Shown: positions 1 to 9,758 of the stretch, in pieces
How the letters are laid out: each line of letters starts with the position of its first letter
Numbering within the stretch: position 1 is the stretch's first letter
NCBI GenBank assembly: GCA_963737265.1
Contig: CAVTRY010000007.1
Span: 288,001-352,000, forward strand
Direction of reading: 5' to 3'
Length of the DNA stretch: 64,000 nucleotides
Source of the DNA: an uncultured delta proteobacterium
Lineage (GTDB): Bacteria > Myxococcota_A > Polyangia > Fen-1088
Notes under the pieces: model-generated
What the model was told of the DNA's origin: nothing
Databases searched by the model: none
What the model saw: only the letters and a program-made list of their open reading frames with translations
Translations under genes and position numbers: made by a program

Positions 1-25
1 GTGGGCATTCTACTTCGTCGAGGGC

Positions 26-682
26 GTGGCCCTGGTCGCGCTGCCGCTGCTACTCTACCTAGCGCTTAAGCCGGCGTACGCCGATTCCCTGCTGCGCACG
101 TCGGGGCTGCGCCACCCCGACGACAAATACGGCGTGATGATCGACGCGCACAGCGGCGGCCACGTGCCAGCCGTGGAAGTGTTGGATCCGCTGTGCCCAG
201 CCTGCAAGGGATTTTCCGAGCGCCTAGCCGCGAGCGGCCTCGGCGATCAGTTGCAGATAAAGTTCGTCCTTTTTCCGCTGGACAAGGAGTGTAACTGGAT
301 GGTCGGCGAATCGTTGCACGCCGGTGCCTGTGCCGTCAGCGAGGCACTTTTGTGCGCGGGCGAGCGCGCTGGCGGGGTTCTTGCGTGGGCCTTCGAGCAT
401 CAAGCCGAGCTGCGCGCCCTGGGCGGCCAGGGACAGCCCGCCATCTATGCCCGCATCAAACAGGATTTCCCCAACCTTGCCACGTGCGTGGGCCAGCCCA
501 TGGTGCGCGCTCGCATCAACAAGGGATTGCGCTGGATTGTCGCCAATTCGTTGCCCGTGCTGACGCCGCAACTGTTCGTGCGCAACCAGAAGATTCCCGA
601 CGAAGACACGGATCTCGGCCTCGACTACGTCCTGTCGCGCGTGCTGGCGCAGGATTCATCGGCCGGCGAAGTACGACGATGA
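26..682 (+). CDS. DsbA/thioredoxin-fold protein (possibly the C-terminal part of a VKOR-DsbA fusion; 5' end may lie outside the window)
   Basis: CPAC motif in 'VLDPLCPACKGF', 'FPLDKECNW' and 'TPQLFV' are typical of DsbA-like domains; hydrophobic N-terminus. Confidence 0.65.
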   Translation: MALVALPLLLYLALKPAYADSLLRTSGLRHPDDKYGVMIDAHSGGHVPAVEVLDPLCPACKGFSERLAASGLGDQLQIKFVLFPLDKECNWMVGESLHAGACAVSEALLCAGERAGGVLAWAFEHQAELRALGGQGQPAIYARIKQDFPNLATCVGQPMVRARINKGLRWIVANSLPVLTPQLFVRNQKIPDEDTDLGLDYVLSRVLAQDSSAGEVRR

Positions 683-1392
683 ACGCGACGGTGAACGCGA
701 CGATGAATACCGGACGGGCTCATCTTGTTTTGGTCCTGGCCGCCTTCGCTGGCGTCGGAGGCGCGGTGTCTTCGTGGACGCACGCGGCGGCCGTTCGCCT
801 AGCCGAAACGCAAGGCAAGGCGCCTGATGTAGCCACCGCCAGCGCTTCGGACATGGGCTACTGTACCGGCGACCTCAAGGTAATCTTGAAACGCGTGCTC
901 ACCTCGTGCGGTCTCGTCTCCGAAGGGAGCTCGCGCGGGTGCCAACCGCTGCAGGCGCGCCAGGTGGCCGCGATGTCGGGCGGCGATTTCAACGCGCTCT
1001 TCACGCCGCTCGCCGAGCGCGCCGCCATCATCCAGTTCGACAAGGACAACGCCGAGCTGGACGCCGCCGCCGCCCTGCTGCTCGAAAAGACCTTCGCCGA
1101 CCGGCGCGGCGCTTCGTACTTCTTCGTCGTATCGCGCGCCTCGCCCGAGGGCTCGGTCGAGCACAATCGCGATCTCAGCCATCGCCGTGGCACCGCCGTG
1201 CTTGACTACATCAAGGGCAAATTTCAGGATCCCGACGTCGACCAAGAGGTCGGGCTGCTTTGGCTGGGCGAGGAGTTCGCACAACTCGACCAACAGTTTT
1301 GCAGGTGGCAGCGCTCGCGCGCGGGCGACGCCTGCAGCACGGCGGAACTGAATCGCTCGTCCTTCATCGCGTGGATCGATTGTCGGCTGTGA
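679..1392 (+). CDS. exported protein with OmpA-like C-terminal domain
   Basis: ATG overlaps the upstream stop (ATGA); signal peptide-like N-terminus; 'IQFDKDNAEL...RASPEGSVEHNRDLSHRRG' resembles the OmpA-C motif. Confidence 0.55.
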   Translation: MNATVNATMNTGRAHLVLVLAAFAGVGGAVSSWTHAAAVRLAETQGKAPDVATASASDMGYCTGDLKVILKRVLTSCGLVSEGSSRGCQPLQARQVAAMSGGDFNALFTPLAERAAIIQFDKDNAELDAAAALLLEKTFADRRGASYFFVVSRASPEGSVEHNRDLSHRRGTAVLDYIKGKFQDPDVDQEVGLLWLGEEFAQLDQQFCRWQRSRAGDACSTAELNRSSFIAWIDCRL

Positions 1393-1985
1393 GGCGTTCG
1401 TTGCTGGCGCTGGCGCTTGCCCTCGGCGCGTGCGCCGGCTGCAACGAAAAGCACGAGGCGATCGTACCTTCGTCGCGCTACGAGGCCGTGAAGGCCGTCG
1501 CGGACTCGCCCTCGCGCTGGTGCGACTCCACGTTTTCCGGTGCGGCTTCGCGTTTGACCCTGCCACCTCTCGCTGCCGCCCGCCCGGGCATGGCCCCGCT
1601 CGCGCTGCCCAAGGGCAAGCGCCTCTGGGTGAACCTGTGGGCGACCTGGTGCAAGCCCTGCCTGCGCGAAATGCCACTTCTTATCAAGTGGCGGGACGAA
1701 TTGCGCAAGGACGGCGTGGAGGTCGAGATCGCCTTCCTGTCCATCGACGAGGACGCGGAGACGCTTGATCGATTTCTGTTCGCACGCAAAGACATCCCGG
1801 CGGCATCGGTTGCGCGCGTGGCGTCTCAGCACGACTACGAGCAGTGGGTGAAGGCGTACGTGAAAGATCCGGCGACGCCCATTCCCATTCACCTGCTCGG
1901 CTCGGCCGACGGCAACCTGCGCTGCATTCGCAGCGGATCGCTCCGTGAAGGCGACTATCCGGCTGCGAAATCGGCGCTGCGCTAG
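1389..1985 (+). CDS. TlpA-family thiol:disulfide oxidoreductase lipoprotein
   Basis: GTG start overlapping the upstream stop; lipobox-like 'LGACAGC'; 'VNLWATWCKPCLREMP'. Confidence 0.85.
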   Translation: MRRSLLALALALGACAGCNEKHEAIVPSSRYEAVKAVADSPSRWCDSTFSGAASRLTLPPLAAARPGMAPLALPKGKRLWVNLWATWCKPCLREMPLLIKWRDELRKDGVEVEIAFLSIDEDAETLDRFLFARKDIPAASVARVASQHDYEQWVKAYVKDPATPIPIHLLGSADGNLRCIRSGSLREGDYPAAKSALR

Positions 1986-1994
1986 TCGGCGGCG

Positions 1995-3851
1995 ATGAAA
2001 GACGACTGTCCCCAATGGTGGCAAGATGGGGTAGCAATGGAAAACCTGCACCGATACCGCCCACGCACAAGAATCCCGATGGGCTGCCTCGTTGGGGTCC
2101 TGGCCGCCGCGCTCGCCTCGGCGCCCGCCGGGGGCCATGCCGCTCCGGTGGCGATGACCGCGGGCGATTTCTCACTTGCCGTCTATCCTTCCGGCGCGAC
2201 TTCGTCGAATAGCTCGGATCTCACCGGATTCTTCACCGAGCATCGGTGCCTCTGTCCCGTCAGCTTTACGGCGCAGTTGCAACTCACGTCTTCCGGCGTG
2301 ACCGACGTGAGTAGCTCGACGGTCGTGGTCAGCTTTCTGCTCGGGGGCAGTTGCGCGGGTTCCACCTCGTCTGCGTCGTGCGTCTCCATGGGGCAGGCGT
2401 CCTTGTCTGCGGCCCAGTCGTCGGTATCGGTGACGTTCAACAGCAGCGAAGTCTTTCAGGTGGCGGCTGGCGGCGCTACCGTGAGCTGCGCGAGCTTGAC
2501 GGCGGATTCGACTACGGTGTGGGCCGTACTTGTTCAGGACGGAGTCGCGCTCTCCTTCGCTCCATCCGTCGAGCTCCCCGTGACCGCGACCGTAGTCGGC
2601 TCCCCGACTGCCGTCACCGCTCAGCCCGCCAACAACGGAATTCTCGTTACCTGGACGCCCCCGGCGGACACGTCGCAGGTCGCCGGGTATCAGGTGCTTT
2701 GCTTGCCTCGTCCGGATGTGGCGTCGACCGCCGCCTATGAAAGCTGCGGGCTGACCAGCAGCACGGGCGGATCGATTCTGACCCCAGGCGACGAAACCCA
2801 GGTTTGTTCAATCGAGCTACCCGCCACAGCGACATCGGTTCGTCTGGCCGGCTTGATAAATGGCACTTCCTACACCGTCGCCGTGATCTCCATCGATCCG
2901 AGCGGCGGCGTCAGCGCGCTGTCAGCGCCGGCCGTGGCCACCCCCCAGCCGACCCTCGGCTTCTACGACGTTTACAAGAACGACGGTGGGGCCGCCACCG
3001 GGTGCGCGGTTGCTCCGTCGCCGCGTTTAGGACCGTCAGGTCTGTTCTGGATCGCGTTCGCCGCGGCTTTGTTCCTTGGTCTCTGCCGACGCTCGCGTCG
3101 CCGCCATCGCCGTCGAGACATCGCCGGTATCGGCGTTTCCGTCCTCGCTCTGCTCGCGCCGAGCGCCACGGTTCGCGCGCAAGACTCGCGGGATGGGTTC
3201 GGCGCTGACTGGCCGTCGGATTCATCGGCGCGGCGGTTCAGCTCGGCACCTGATTGGGGCTTCGAGCTCGGCATCTCGTTCTATCGTCCCGCGGTCGATA
3301 GCGAGTTCGGAAACGGGCCGCATCCCTTCGCCGACACGTTTTCGTCCACGCGCCATGTCCTCACGGAGGGTGAATTGGACCGCTACCTTGTCCACCACTT
3401 CGGAACCTGGGGCGTGGGCCTGCGCGCTGGCTACTACAAGGTGACGGGGGCGGCCTTCCTCGCCTCCGGAATGCGCAGCGGAGACGAGACTTCCCTGCGT
3501 CTCATTCCCTTGTCGCTGTCCTTGCTCTATCGAGCGGATGGGCTGGCGGGCCTGCGGGAAGTGCCGCTGATTCCGTACGTGAAGGCCGGACTCGACGGCG
3601 TGACCTGGACCGCGACCAGCACGGGTGACAGCGCGTCTCACAGCGGCTTCACGCCCGGATGGCACGCCGCCGCGGGCCTGGCGCTCGGCCTCAAGTTCCT
3701 TGGCGTCGGCAACCTGAACCCGGGAGCGCTCCCCGACCCGTTCGCGCTCTTTTTCGAATGGGACTACGCCGCAATCAACGGTCTTGGCCTCAGCGGCAAG
3801 CTACACGTTGGCGACAACATCTGGTTCGCCGGCGCGGTGTTCGACCTGTGA
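1995..3851 (+). CDS. FN3-domain surface protein with internal MYXO-CTERM-like segment fused to an outer-membrane beta-barrel (MXAN_2561/2562-like)
   Basis: FN3 motif 'VTWTPP...GLINGTSYTVAVISID'; 'GCAVAP...hydrophobic...RRSRRRHRRR'; C-terminal amphipathic beta strands ending 'AVFDL'. Confidence 0.65.
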   Translation: MKDDCPQWWQDGVAMENLHRYRPRTRIPMGCLVGVLAAALASAPAGGHAAPVAMTAGDFSLAVYPSGATSSNSSDLTGFFTEHRCLCPVSFTAQLQLTSSGVTDVSSSTVVVSFLLGGSCAGSTSSASCVSMGQASLSAAQSSVSVTFNSSEVFQVAAGGATVSCASLTADSTTVWAVLVQDGVALSFAPSVELPVTATVVGSPTAVTAQPANNGILVTWTPPADTSQVAGYQVLCLPRPDVASTAAYESCGLTSSTGGSILTPGDETQVCSIELPATATSVRLAGLINGTSYTVAVISIDPSGGVSALSAPAVATPQPTLGFYDVYKNDGGAATGCAVAPSPRLGPSGLFWIAFAAALFLGLCRRSRRRHRRRDIAGIGVSVLALLAPSATVRAQDSRDGFGADWPSDSSARRFSSAPDWGFELGISFYRPAVDSEFGNGPHPFADTFSSTRHVLTEGELDRYLVHHFGTWGVGLRAGYYKVTGAAFLASGMRSGDETSLRLIPLSLSLLYRADGLAGLREVPLIPYVKAGLDGVTWTATSTGDSASHSGFTPGWHAAAGLALGLKFLGVGNLNPGALPDPFALFFEWDYAAINGLGLSGKLHVGDNIWFAGAVFDL

Positions 3852-3890
3852 CGGTCCGCGCTGGCGCGGTGTCCATTGGCTTAGTCCATC

Positions 3891-4373
3891 ATGGATGGTA
3901 CAATGATGGGCATGTCAATGAACGTGCTGGACGCCATCATCCAACTGCGGCGTGCGCTTGCGCGCGCGTTCGCCGTGACCTTCACGGGTGATATCAGCGG
4001 CCGGCAGTCGGTGATTCTGCGCGAGATCGGAATCTGCGGTCCGGTGTCGCAGGTGGCCCTGGCGCGCGCCACGGCGAGCGATCCGTCGGCACTCGTACGG
4101 CTGCTCGACGATCTCGAAGCGCGTGAGCTCGTCGAACGACATCGTAGCGAGACGGACCGACGGGAGATGGTGGTGTCGCTGACGAGCCAAGGACGCAAGA
4201 CGCTCAAGCCTCTGGAGGTGGCGCACAAGCGATTGGCGGATACCGCCGCGGGGGCTCTCACCGTGGATGAAAGGCGCGTCTTTGTGGCCCTGGCCGCGAA
4301 GATCCAAAACCGTCTCACCACGCTGGTGGAAGGCGAGGTTGTTCTCTCGAAAGGTGCCGATGGGCAGAGCTAA
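3891..4373 (+). CDS. MarR-family transcriptional regulator
   Basis: 'LVRLLDDLEARELVER...DRREMVVSLT' wHTH; upstream of emrAB; exact start uncertain. Confidence 0.85.
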   Translation: MDGTMMGMSMNVLDAIIQLRRALARAFAVTFTGDISGRQSVILREIGICGPVSQVALARATASDPSALVRLLDDLEARELVERHRSETDRREMVVSLTSQGRKTLKPLEVAHKRLADTAAGALTVDERRVFVALAAKIQNRLTTLVEGEVVLSKGADGQS

Positions 4374-5643
4374 GCCAGCGGTTGAGGAGCCTATAGCGAC
4401 GGAATCCGCCGAAGTTTCGTCCGCAAGGCTCTATTTTCTCCGGCACCCGATCCTCCAGCATTCGCGCTTTCGGCGCGTCGTGGCCGCTCTCGCCCTGGTT
4501 CTGGCTGGCTTGGGCTTGCTGTGGTGGTTCCACTATCGCCCCTATGTCTCGACCGACGACGCGCGCGTCGCCGCTCCTTTGATCGTCATCGCGCCGCAGG
4601 GCTCGGGTGGTCGGGTGGACCGCGTTCTCGTGCGCGAGGGTCAGACGGTGCAAGCCGCCGAGCCGCTCGTCGAGCTGGATGCAAGCGCCGAGCGTTCCCA
4701 GGTCGACCGGGCTCGTGCTCTCCTCGCGCTCGCGGACGCGCGCGTGGGCGAGGCCGAGGCGCAGCTTCGCCTCGAACGCCGCCTGTCGGAGGCCACCGAG
4801 CGGCGGGCACGCGCCACTGTGCATTCGGCGCAGGCCTCTCAAGAGCGTACCACGCGCGGAGCACGCACCGAGGAAGTCGCCAAGGCGCGTGCCGACGTTT
4901 CCGCGGCCGAAACCCTTGCGGTTCAGGCCGGCCGCGACCTCGACCGGGCCGCGATGCTGGCGCGCGAAGGCGCCATCGCCGAAGTCAGTCTGGAAACCGC
5001 GCGAACTGGCGAAGCAGCAGCGCGCGCGTCGCTCGCATCGAAGCAAGCCATGCTCGACCTCCTTGAGCACGGCAATCGCTCCGAGGATATTTCCATCGCC
5101 CAAAGCGGCGTGCTGGCCGCCCAAGCCGGCCTTCTCGACGCCAGCGGCGGCACGGATCGTGTCGCTTTCCGCAGCCGCCAGGTCGAGGCTGCGCGTGCCC
5201 AGGCCGCGCAGGCGCGAGCCGAGCTGACGCTTGCCGAGGTCGCGCTCGCACGCATGACCTTGAAGAGTAGCGTCGGCGGCGTGGTCGTCCGCGTGCCGGT
5301 CGATCCCGGCGACTACCTATCGCCAGGGCAGGGCGCGGTGACCGTCGTCGACATCGCCCACGCCTGGATCGCCGCCAATGTCGAAGAGACGGCGTCGGGG
5401 CTGCTGCGTCTCGGGCAGGCCGCCGATATTTCCATCGACGAAGGTGGCGATCTGTCGGGGCGAGTCGACGTCATCACGCAGTCGGCGGCGTCCGCGTTCG
5501 CGCTCATTCCGGCCGACAACGCCGCCGGCAACTACACCAAGGTGGTCCAGCGCATTCCTATCCGCATCGCCATCGATGCCAGCCCGCGGGTTCGAGCCTT
5601 GCGCGCCGGCCAGTCGGTGGTGGTGAGGATCCGGGTTCGATGA
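4360..5643 (+). CDS. emrA: HlyD/EmrA-family membrane fusion protein
   Basis: TM anchor, 'VSTDDARV', coiled coil, 'ALIPADNAAGNYTKVVQRIPIRI'. Confidence 0.9.
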   Translation: MGRAKPAVEEPIATESAEVSSARLYFLRHPILQHSRFRRVVAALALVLAGLGLLWWFHYRPYVSTDDARVAAPLIVIAPQGSGGRVDRVLVREGQTVQAAEPLVELDASAERSQVDRARALLALADARVGEAEAQLRLERRLSEATERRARATVHSAQASQERTTRGARTEEVAKARADVSAAETLAVQAGRDLDRAAMLAREGAIAEVSLETARTGEAAARASLASKQAMLDLLEHGNRSEDISIAQSGVLAAQAGLLDASGGTDRVAFRSRQVEAARAQAAQARAELTLAEVALARMTLKSSVGGVVVRVPVDPGDYLSPGQGAVTVVDIAHAWIAANVEETASGLLRLGQAADISIDEGGDLSGRVDVITQSAASAFALIPADNAAGNYTKVVQRIPIRIAIDASPRVRALRAGQSVVVRIRVR

Positions 5644-7235
5644 GTCCGCCGCCTGTGCCCATCGGCCCGCCCGTGGACGACGGGTATCGCTGGCGCGTTC
5701 TTGGCGTGGTCATGCTGGGCACGGTAATGTCGGCGCTCGATTCGAGCATCGTCAACGTGTCGCTGCCCAACATGATGGCCAGCTTCGGCGCAAGCGTCGA
5801 CGACATCGAATGGGTCGTGACCGGTTACATGCTCGGCTTCTCGACCTTCATGCCCTTGACAGCGTGGCTTCGCGATCGCGTGGGTTACAAGGTGCTCTAT
5901 GTCGCCAGCCTCGCTGTTTTCATCGGTGGCTCCGCGCTGTGCGGACTCGCCCCCAACCTGCCGGCGCTGATCTTGGCTCGCGTGGTTCAAGCGTTCGGCG
6001 GCGGCGCCATCACCCCCACCGGCCTGGCCATGATCGCCGAGGTCTTCCCGCCCAAAGAGCGAGGGCGCGCGCTTGGCCTGTGGGGCGTCGGTGTCGTGGT
6101 TGGGCCCGCTTTCGGCCCCACCCTGGGCGGATACCTCACCGAGACGCTCGGCTGGCGCAGCATCTTCAACATCAACCTTCCCATCGGCGTAGTCGGCCTT
6201 CTCGCCGCCTCGCGGATACTTCGCGCCGACAAGCCGCACGCCGCGAGCCATCGTGGCTTCGATCTACCCGGGTTCGTGTTGCTCACCGCCTTTCTCGTCG
6301 GCGCACTACTCGGTCTCTCCAACGGCAATCGGGAAGGTTGGACCTCGAACTACGTCGTTGCCTGCGCGCTTGTGAGCAGCGTCTCGTTCGTGCTTTTCCT
6401 CGCCGTCGAAAGCATCGTCTCCGAGCGCATTCTCGATCTCGGGCTATTCCGCAAACCCCAGTTCACCGTGGCCATGGTGGTGACGTCCGCGCGCTCGGTC
6501 GCCTTGTTCGGTGGCATCTTTTTGTTGCCACTTTTCCTGCAGGATCTGATGGGCCGGAGCGAGATCGACACCGGGTTATTACTGCTTCCCGGCGCCTTGG
6601 TCATGGGGCTGGTCATGCTGGTCTCCGGCCGGATCGCGGATTGGCTCGGCACGCGCGTTTGCACGATTCTCGGCCTCTTGTTCATTGCTTGGTTCATGTG
6701 GACCTACCGCAGGCTCGACGTGACGACGAGCACGTGGGCCGTGCTCTACCCGACCCTGGTACGGGGTGTCGGGCTGGGTCTGCTGGTGACGCCGGTCATG
6801 ACCGCAGCTATCAATGCCGTGCCGACGCCGAAAGCCGGCATGGCTTCTTCGATGTTGAGCTTGATTCAACAAATATCGGGCTCGCTCGGCATCGCCGTGC
6901 TTGCCTGCGTACTCGGCCGGCGTGCCACCTTCCACCTCGCGGTGGTGGGTCAGGGCCTGGATGCCGCGCGACCGGCCCTCGCCGGCGCAACCCGAGCCCT
7001 CGCCACGCGCGCGCTCGAGCTTGGAACGCCGCCCGCCGCGGCAGGCCTAGTCGCGCGCTCGCTCGTCGCGCGCCAGATCGCCGGAGCGGCGTCGGTGCTC
7101 GCATTCAACGATGCCTTTCTAATCGGCGCGGCCATCGTCGGCGCGGGAGCCATCCCCGCGCTTTTTCTCGCATCCAAGTCGAAGTCCAAGGCACGCGCGC
7201 ACGGAGCCGCAGCGCAGGTCGAGGTTGTGGAGTAG
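5640..7235 (+). CDS. emrB: DHA2-family MFS efflux permease (EmrB/QacA)
   Basis: 'MSALDSSIVNVSLP', 'WRSIFNINLPIG', many TM segments. Confidence 0.92.
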   Translation: MSPPPVPIGPPVDDGYRWRVLGVVMLGTVMSALDSSIVNVSLPNMMASFGASVDDIEWVVTGYMLGFSTFMPLTAWLRDRVGYKVLYVASLAVFIGGSALCGLAPNLPALILARVVQAFGGGAITPTGLAMIAEVFPPKERGRALGLWGVGVVVGPAFGPTLGGYLTETLGWRSIFNINLPIGVVGLLAASRILRADKPHAASHRGFDLPGFVLLTAFLVGALLGLSNGNREGWTSNYVVACALVSSVSFVLFLAVESIVSERILDLGLFRKPQFTVAMVVTSARSVALFGGIFLLPLFLQDLMGRSEIDTGLLLLPGALVMGLVMLVSGRIADWLGTRVCTILGLLFIAWFMWTYRRLDVTTSTWAVLYPTLVRGVGLGLLVTPVMTAAINAVPTPKAGMASSMLSLIQQISGSLGIAVLACVLGRRATFHLAVVGQGLDAARPALAGATRALATRALELGTPPAAAGLVARSLVARQIAGAASVLAFNDAFLIGAAIVGAGAIPALFLASKSKSKARAHGAAAQVEVVE

Positions 7236-7241
7236 AGGCCG
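5929..7241 (+). repeat. direct repeat copy 1 (1313 bp) of emrB 3' part; partner 15708-17020
   Basis: Constant offset of 9779 bp; about ten substitutions seen by eye. Confidence 0.95.
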
Positions 7242-7314
7242 CGACCGGGTACCTCCTGTCTATTGGTCATGCCAGTCGCACCCCTGCCCCACGCGGCTGC
7301 GCCGCGCCCGTCGC

Positions 7315-7556
7315 TGAGCCGCCCAAACTCTGGCCCGCACGACCGCCTCCCTCGCGACCTGGTGGCGAGGGCGGAGACTGGCTGAACTGACGGCACGTCG
7401 ACCAGGTCGGGATGGAGTCGACTGCCCTGCGTGCTCGAGAAAGACCCCGTCAGCCCCAGAAACCGGATCAAGCGCGCTGCGCCAACGCGATCGGGGCCAA
7501 CCTGATGCGTTCCGGCAGGGTTCTCCGACGCTCAAAACACCCTTTGATTTGCCTAT
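7315..7556 (+). mobile_element. ISCR/IS91-family 3' remnant with oriIS-like end
   Basis: Near-identical to 23898-24141; encodes transposase tail 'PKLWPARPPP...GGDWLN*'; ends CCCTTTGATTTGCCTAT, similar to the ISCR oriIS consensus (TTGAA.TTCCTAT). Confidence 0.8.
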
Positions 7557-7621
7557 GGTCACGGCCCTCGTCTGTTCTTTTTACTTGCACTGCCTACGAG
7601 AGCTGCAACGGCATGTTGGAC
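7557..7621 (-). other. attC site truncated by the ISCR oriIS end
   Basis: Minus strand GTCCAAC-atgcc-GTTGCAGC-...ctcgtaggcagtgcaagtaaaaagaacag, homologous to attC 8130-8253; right arm missing. Confidence 0.85.
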
Positions 7622-7645
7622 GGCGCGATGTTCCCGGGTGCTCGC

Positions 7646-8113
7646 CTACGAAGGCTTTTCCCCCGCCGCCATTGCTCTCACCTGCGCCACCAGAGCGTCG
7701 ATGTCAATACCACCGAGCGCGAGAGCGAGCTTGTATGCATCCAGGACCGCGGCGTGGATCTGCTCAAGATCCTCCAGCATCCGCATCCGCCCTTCTTCAG
7801 AGAATTTGGCGAATCCGTGCCGGCGGTAGAATGAATGGGCCAGTCGATTTCGTGCAGCCAAAGCCGTAGCGAACACGCCATCAGCATCATGGAACTGAGG
7901 GTGCTTGTCCTTGAGTCTCCGGAAGATCTGCCCGAGCGTGCTTCGATTGATCTTCCGCAGAATCTGCGTTGCCTCTTCCCCACGGTCGCCAAGGAAGGCG
8001 TCGATCTCCTCGGCCTGCAAGATCAGTAGGTGAGTGCCCAGCTCCGTCTCGAGGAGCTGGGCAGCCTGGGAAGCATCTCCGAACTTGCGGAATATCTCGT
8101 CCATCGATGGCAT
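7646..8113 (-). CDS. cassette 4: hypothetical protein (155 aa)
   Basis: ORF bracketed by the complementary cores GTTGGAC (8130-8136) and GTCCAAC (7615-7621). Confidence 0.75.
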   Translation of the reverse strand: MPSMDEIFRKFGDASQAAQLLETELGTHLLILQAEEIDAFLGDRGEEATQILRKINRSTLGQIFRRLKDKHPQFHDADGVFATALAARNRLAHSFYRRHGFAKFSEEGRMRMLEDLEQIHAAVLDAYKLALALGGIDIDALVAQVRAMAAGEKPS

Positions 8114-8129
8114 GAGCCGATCTTCGTCC

Positions 8130-8253
8130 GTCCAACGCCTTGGCGTTAAGCTGCGGGCGGCCGTCTGCGACCGCCCATCTGCCCAGACGACCCGAATCAC
8201 TCCCTGTTCTTTTTACTTGCACTGCCTACGAGCGCTTCAACGGCCTGTTGGGC
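8130..8253 (-). other. attC site (124 bp)
   Basis: R'' GCCCAAC, L'' GTTGAAGC, L' GCTTAAC, R' GTTGGAC, with one extrahelical base in L''. Confidence 0.88.
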
Positions 8254-8262
8254 GGCGCACAC

Positions 8263-9741
8263 TCAGAACGCGAAGGCCTGTTGTGGTGAGCGGGCCAATC
8301 TAGGTCGCGGACCGAGGCCTTCGGCTCGCAGTAGCGCATCCAGAGAAAGCGACTGCAACAAAGCCTTATTGATTGGCCTCTTAGCGTCCCAGAAGATTCG
8401 AGCTGTGAAGAATGCAGATGCCTTTTCGCCGTTGAGAACACACGCCAGCTCGGCGGCTTCTTCTTCTGTCTTGCATGGAAGGAAGTACGCCGTATCGTCA
8501 ACCATCACGGGCTGTCCATCGATTGGCCGAACAACAGTGAATGCGATCCTTTTGTACAATCCACAGATTGCGACTTTGTATGGCGAGAAGGAATAGTCGC
8601 CGACCCCGAAAATCGCGAATGGTGGCTGATCTCGATAGATGCTGCTCTTACGCGCATCCAGATGTTCACGGTGGGAAATGAGATAGGCCCACGTAGAGGG
8701 AGCACGGTCTCGAATAGCGCCAGTATTTTCGCCAAGCGACCTTTGTGGGACAACAACGCGACGACGCGCAGTCATACGCCCGTTGGCCAGATCGGATCCC
8801 TTGAGGAGCGGATAGACGTACTCACGTTCGAGGTCAACTCGCTTCCCCATGCCATTGACCAAGTGGTCATCCACGATCTCAAGTTCCATGATGCGAGCAC
8901 AGTCATGCTTGATCCCGGAACGCCATTCTACCTCGGACGGGCCTTCGAGATTACGGGTTGCAAGATATGCGTCGACGTCACTGCAGAGCTGTCCATCCAC
9001 GACGCCCATGTGTTTGGATGGCGCAGAAGCGGTGATGCTTTCGTAGACGGACCATTTGTGAGCGTGACCCTTTTGAAGCGCGGAACTCGGGCGGTGAACA
9101 GTAAGGAGAACGGCGTCGACAGCAGCTGCGAAGTGCATGCGCGCGTCGATCGCGTGAACGGAGCCTTGGAGGTTCCAGCGTTGCAAAGCAACGTGCTCCA
9201 TAACTTTGCGAGCGACCCCTGCCTTACAGAGCATCGCCAGTGTTGTGTCGCTACCGTTGGCGGCCTGTAACAAGCGCAGGAGCATCCATTCCGAGATGTC
9301 AAAGTTGCTCTTCCCGGTCATCGCATCAAGCCCGCTCAGGTTCTTGAAGTTGGTCTTCGCCGGAAGGTTGCCGGCATCGAGCGCGCCTAGCGCGGAGTTG
9401 GTCACCCAGGGTGGATTGCCGATGACAAGCACCGGGGACGGGAGGCGAGCCAGGACGTTCTCCCATTTCACTTGAAAGAAGTCGGCAACTGCGATCTCTG
9501 CGTCGTAGCCGGTGAGTGCGTCGCGGGCATCGCGCACGTAGGATTCATTCAGATCGAACCCGAAGAGTCGCGCCTTCGGGAACACGGCGGCAGCTGCCGC
9601 GAGGAACGCGCCGCGGCCGCACGTGGGCTCCAGAATCGAAGCGGGAACACGAACATTGCTCGCCAGCAAAGAAACCACTCCCTCGGCCAGTTCTTGCGGC
9701 GTTTGCCAGTCACCAAATTCGATTCGTTTCTCATCACGCAT
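8263..9741 (-). CDS. cassette 3: amino-DNA methyltransferase (gamma motif order), NspV-like
   Basis: 'GDWQTP', 'ILEPTCGRGAF' (motif I), 'IGNPPW' (motif IV); directly downstream of the REase. Confidence 0.85.
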   Translation of the reverse strand: MRDEKRIEFGDWQTPQELAEGVVSLLASNVRVPASILEPTCGRGAFLAAAAAVFPKARLFGFDLNESYVRDARDALTGYDAEIAVADFFQVKWENVLARLPSPVLVIGNPPWVTNSALGALDAGNLPAKTNFKNLSGLDAMTGKSNFDISEWMLLRLLQAANGSDTTLAMLCKAGVARKVMEHVALQRWNLQGSVHAIDARMHFAAAVDAVLLTVHRPSSALQKGHAHKWSVYESITASAPSKHMGVVDGQLCSDVDAYLATRNLEGPSEVEWRSGIKHDCARIMELEIVDDHLVNGMGKRVDLEREYVYPLLKGSDLANGRMTARRRVVVPQRSLGENTGAIRDRAPSTWAYLISHREHLDARKSSIYRDQPPFAIFGVGDYSFSPYKVAICGLYKRIAFTVVRPIDGQPVMVDDTAYFLPCKTEEEAAELACVLNGEKASAFFTARIFWDAKRPINKALLQSLSLDALLRAEGLGPRPRLARSPQQAFAF

Positions 9742-9758
9742 GGTGCAAGGTCCAGGGT

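Noticed and set aside
5810-7390. Long alternative-frame and antisense ORFs (also 25765-27963, 44385-45923 and others)
   Set aside because: Shadow ORFs expected at high GC; Arg/Pro-rich with no recognisable motifs beyond the fragments already listed
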